Assembly (NCBI GenBank): GCA_965279515.1
Contig: CBDIID010000003.1
Location: 3,680,001 to 3,744,000 of the forward strand
DNA length: 64,000 nt
Reading direction: 5' to 3'
Origin: Turneriella sp.
GTDB lineage: Bacteria > Spirochaetota > Leptospiria > Turneriellales > Turneriellaceae
Shown here: in pieces, positions 62,154 to 64,000 of the stretch
Position numbering within the stretch: position 1 is the first letter of the stretch
Layout of the letters: each line of letters begins with the position of its first letter
Made by a program: the position numbers and the translations under genes
Notes under the pieces: generated by a model
Database searches by the model: none
What the model was told of the DNA's origin: nothing
Seen by the model: the letters and a program-made list of their open reading frames with translations, nothing else

Positions 62154-63137
62154 CTACCGGTGTGAGTCTAAGGCGGCGCGGGCTGACTTCTCTTGGTTTG
62201 CGATGTAATCCATAGGATGAAATTCATGGGGCGCCATGGCTTTTTCCTGCATGATCAGCCGATACCCATAGCAGAGCATAGGCGAGTCACCATCGACCAG
62301 ACCGATAGGTCCTTCTGTTTTCAGAGCTTTATTTTCCAGGCTGTAGATAATATCGGTTTCACTGCGTGCTTCGCGTATGATAAGTTTAGCTTCATTGCGC
62401 TTCCAAGTACACGACCTATCAACGCGGTTTCCATTATAGGTCAAGAGGGAAACGAGCCGGCATCTGCCATTTCTTTCTATATTCAGATAACGGTGTTCGG
62501 TTGAATTGCTCTCATCTAAATAAAGGCCAATAAATCCGTCGGTAAACGTCTGAAGGTATCGCGATCTGAGCCTGTCGCCCAGCTCTGCGGATATTGGAAA
62601 ATCTTCAAATGAATCACCTGCCTGTCGGAAGAATTTGATACCCGAGAGAGCCGTATCGGACCATTTCGCGCCTTTATAGACGGAAACGATTCTCAAGCTG
62701 ACCTGTTTACCCTTCAGAGTATCTTTCAAATCTATATTTTGTCTGCCCGCGGTGTCCTTAAGCGTATAGACAGTCTCGCTGCCACCTTCCGCAGAGAATC
62801 CGATTTCTTTAACGCGATTATTGAGCGGGAAAAATTTCGCATCGGAGTAACCATTCCAGACAGCTATCCGATGAATTTTTGCTTTCTTATCAAATAAAAA
62901 GGTGACGGTCTCGCCGATGCCGTCGTCGGCCTTGCCTTCAACCCAACTTGCTTGGGCGCCTTCACGAAGCAGCCACTCTGCACGGTATTTACCTGTCTCA
63001 GGTTCATGCTCGCTTGAGGCTTGTATTCCTGTGACTAAGGGAGGCATCTTTTCACCACAGCTAGGCAAGAAGACGAAAAGCATAAAAAAGGAACCGAATC
63101 GTAGCATAGTCACCCTCCAATCCAACGGGTGACCCAT
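62154..63137 (-). CDS. Cassette 8 lipoprotein with discoidin/NADase-type glycan-binding domain
   Basis: LPSC lipobox; SWVEG..DGIGE, VWNGY...NNRVK, VYKGAKWSDT. Confidence 0.7.
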   Translation of the reverse strand: MGHPLDWRVTMLRFGSFFMLFVFLPSCGEKMPPLVTGIQASSEHEPETGKYRAEWLLREGAQASWVEGKADDGIGETVTFLFDKKAKIHRIAVWNGYSDAKFFPLNNRVKEIGFSAEGGSETVYTLKDTAGRQNIDLKDTLKGKQVSLRIVSVYKGAKWSDTALSGIKFFRQAGDSFEDFPISAELGDRLRSRYLQTFTDGFIGLYLDESNSTEHRYLNIERNGRCRLVSLLTYNGNRVDRSCTWKRNEAKLIIREARSETDIIYSLENKALKTEGPIGLVDGDSPMLCYGYRLIMQEKAMAPHEFHPMDYIANQEKSARAALDSHR

Positions 63138-63292
63138 TACCCAAGGAGATAATCAGTCAAACATTAAACTGAACCGCCACATTATTAAATATGGCTTTTG
63201 AAGCGGGTAACTACCCTTAAACTGGTCATTGTGTCACGATAGCTTCACCGCGCCGACAGGAGGTCGGCGGATATCAAAGGCGCAATTATTTC

Positions 63293-63517
63293 AGACAACG
63301 CGGAATTTACCTGAGGTCGATAGTGCGTCGCGTAATAAATGCAGTCTTCACTCGAAAGCTGCGTTTTGATGCACTATCGATCTGCCGCAGGTCGCCTCGT
63401 TGCGCCCGACCAAACAAACGTCCTGTTTGTCGGGCGTCAACGACTCTTAAGCGACCGGAGGCCGAGGACACGAGCCAACGAAGTGCTCGCGCCCGCAGCA
63501 GGTAAATTTTGTTCTCT
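63293..63517 (-). repeat. attC-like site I (225 bp)
   Basis: agacAAC gcggaatttacctg ... caggtaaatttt GTTctct. Confidence 0.85.
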
Positions 63518-63677
63518 GACGTAGTTGCACTTATGAGCCCGGGCATGGAGGGCCGGGCGACCATTACTAAAATGCTGTTGTTCAAAAGACTAAAAAAAGC
63601 TTTTTTCAAGATTCTGGGTTAAATTAGCTAAGGATGAAAGTCCTTGACGCATCTAATTATTCATTCCAGAGGTCTAT

Positions 63678-63917
63678 ATGAGTATCAATGAATATGTGGT
63701 TATTGACCCTGATATCTGTAACGGCAAACCGACCGTAGCCGGTACTCGAATAACTGTCCAAACGGTTCTTGAATTCTTGGCCGTAGGGGAATCGATTGAG
63801 ACCATCGTAAAGAATTATCCTAGGCTTACGACCGTTAGTATTCAAGCATGTATCCAATTTGCCGCAGACATGGCGGGACACGAATACAGCATGCATAAAA
63901 TTGCACACGCTGGATGA
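63678..63917 (+). CDS. DUF433 antitoxin
   Basis: IDPDICNGKPTVAGTRITV...YPRL. Confidence 0.9.
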   Translation: MSINEYVVIDPDICNGKPTVAGTRITVQTVLEFLAVGESIETIVKNYPRLTTVSIQACIQFAADMAGHEYSMHKIAHAG

Positions 63918-64000
63918 AAATACTTATCGATGAAAATCTACCCGAAGACATTTCTTGCTGGAAGTCTGATGATTTTATCCATGCCAAGGCATTAGGTGCA
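63914..64000 (+). CDS. DUF5615 PIN-like toxin (truncated by window)
   Basis: ATGA overlap with DUF433; MKILIDENLP. Confidence 0.8.
   Translation, partial: MKILIDENLPEDISCWKSDDFIHAKALGA

Larger units (their letters stand above)
54378..64000 (-). mobile_element. Integron-like gene-cassette array (no integrase in window)
   Basis: Nine related AAC...GTT palindromic sites alternating with unrelated cargo. Confidence 0.85.

Noticed and set aside
54378..63517. CRISPR array interpretation of the repeats
   Set aside because: Repeats exceed 200 bp and are divergent, spacers are 0.2-2 kb and contain genes, and there are no cas genes.
54407..63609. Short ORFs inside the repeats (e.g. 54407-54601, 56144-56338, 57848-58198, 58744-58944, 59643-59849, 63323-63505)
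   Set aside because: They are translations of the GC-rich palindromic sites and are not conserved in frame between copies.
1..64000. Integron integrase, reverse transcriptase or HUH/RAYT gene to drive the array
   Set aside because: No ORF with tyrosine-recombinase, RT or HUH motifs was recognised, so the enzyme is unidentified in this window.
1..64000. tRNA, rRNA or riboswitch
   Set aside because: None recognisable by eye; a covariance-model search was not possible.

Overview
Bacterial chromosomal window. Gene content and style suggest a Leptospiraceae spirochaete such as Turneriella; this is inference. 1-54 kb holds mostly housekeeping and signalling genes (acnA, pfkA, ilvD, RidA, an MCP, histidine kinases, adenylate cyclases, an Orn/Lys/Arg decarboxylase). 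It also holds an AT-richer membrane/glycan-modification block (10-16 kb), two tandem IS1595-family transposases at the pfkA stop codon (25.7-28.1 kb) and a zinc-starvation island (39.5-50.4 kb) marked by a repeated TGA(T/G)AA-N4-TT(A/C)TCA operator. The main signal is 54.3-64 kb: an integron-like cassette array with nine unusually long (215-225 bp), branched, attC-like sites (AAC...GTT cores). These separate at least nine cargo cassettes. Each complete cassette is bounded by its own 16-22 bp inverted repeat carrying an invariant G.T pair at position 11. The array includes twin start-less 194-bp cassettes, an inverted toxin-antitoxin cassette, and an IS481 whose end sits exactly 16 nt from the site core at two places. 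No integrase is in the window; cassette polarity predicts it lies beyond the right edge.
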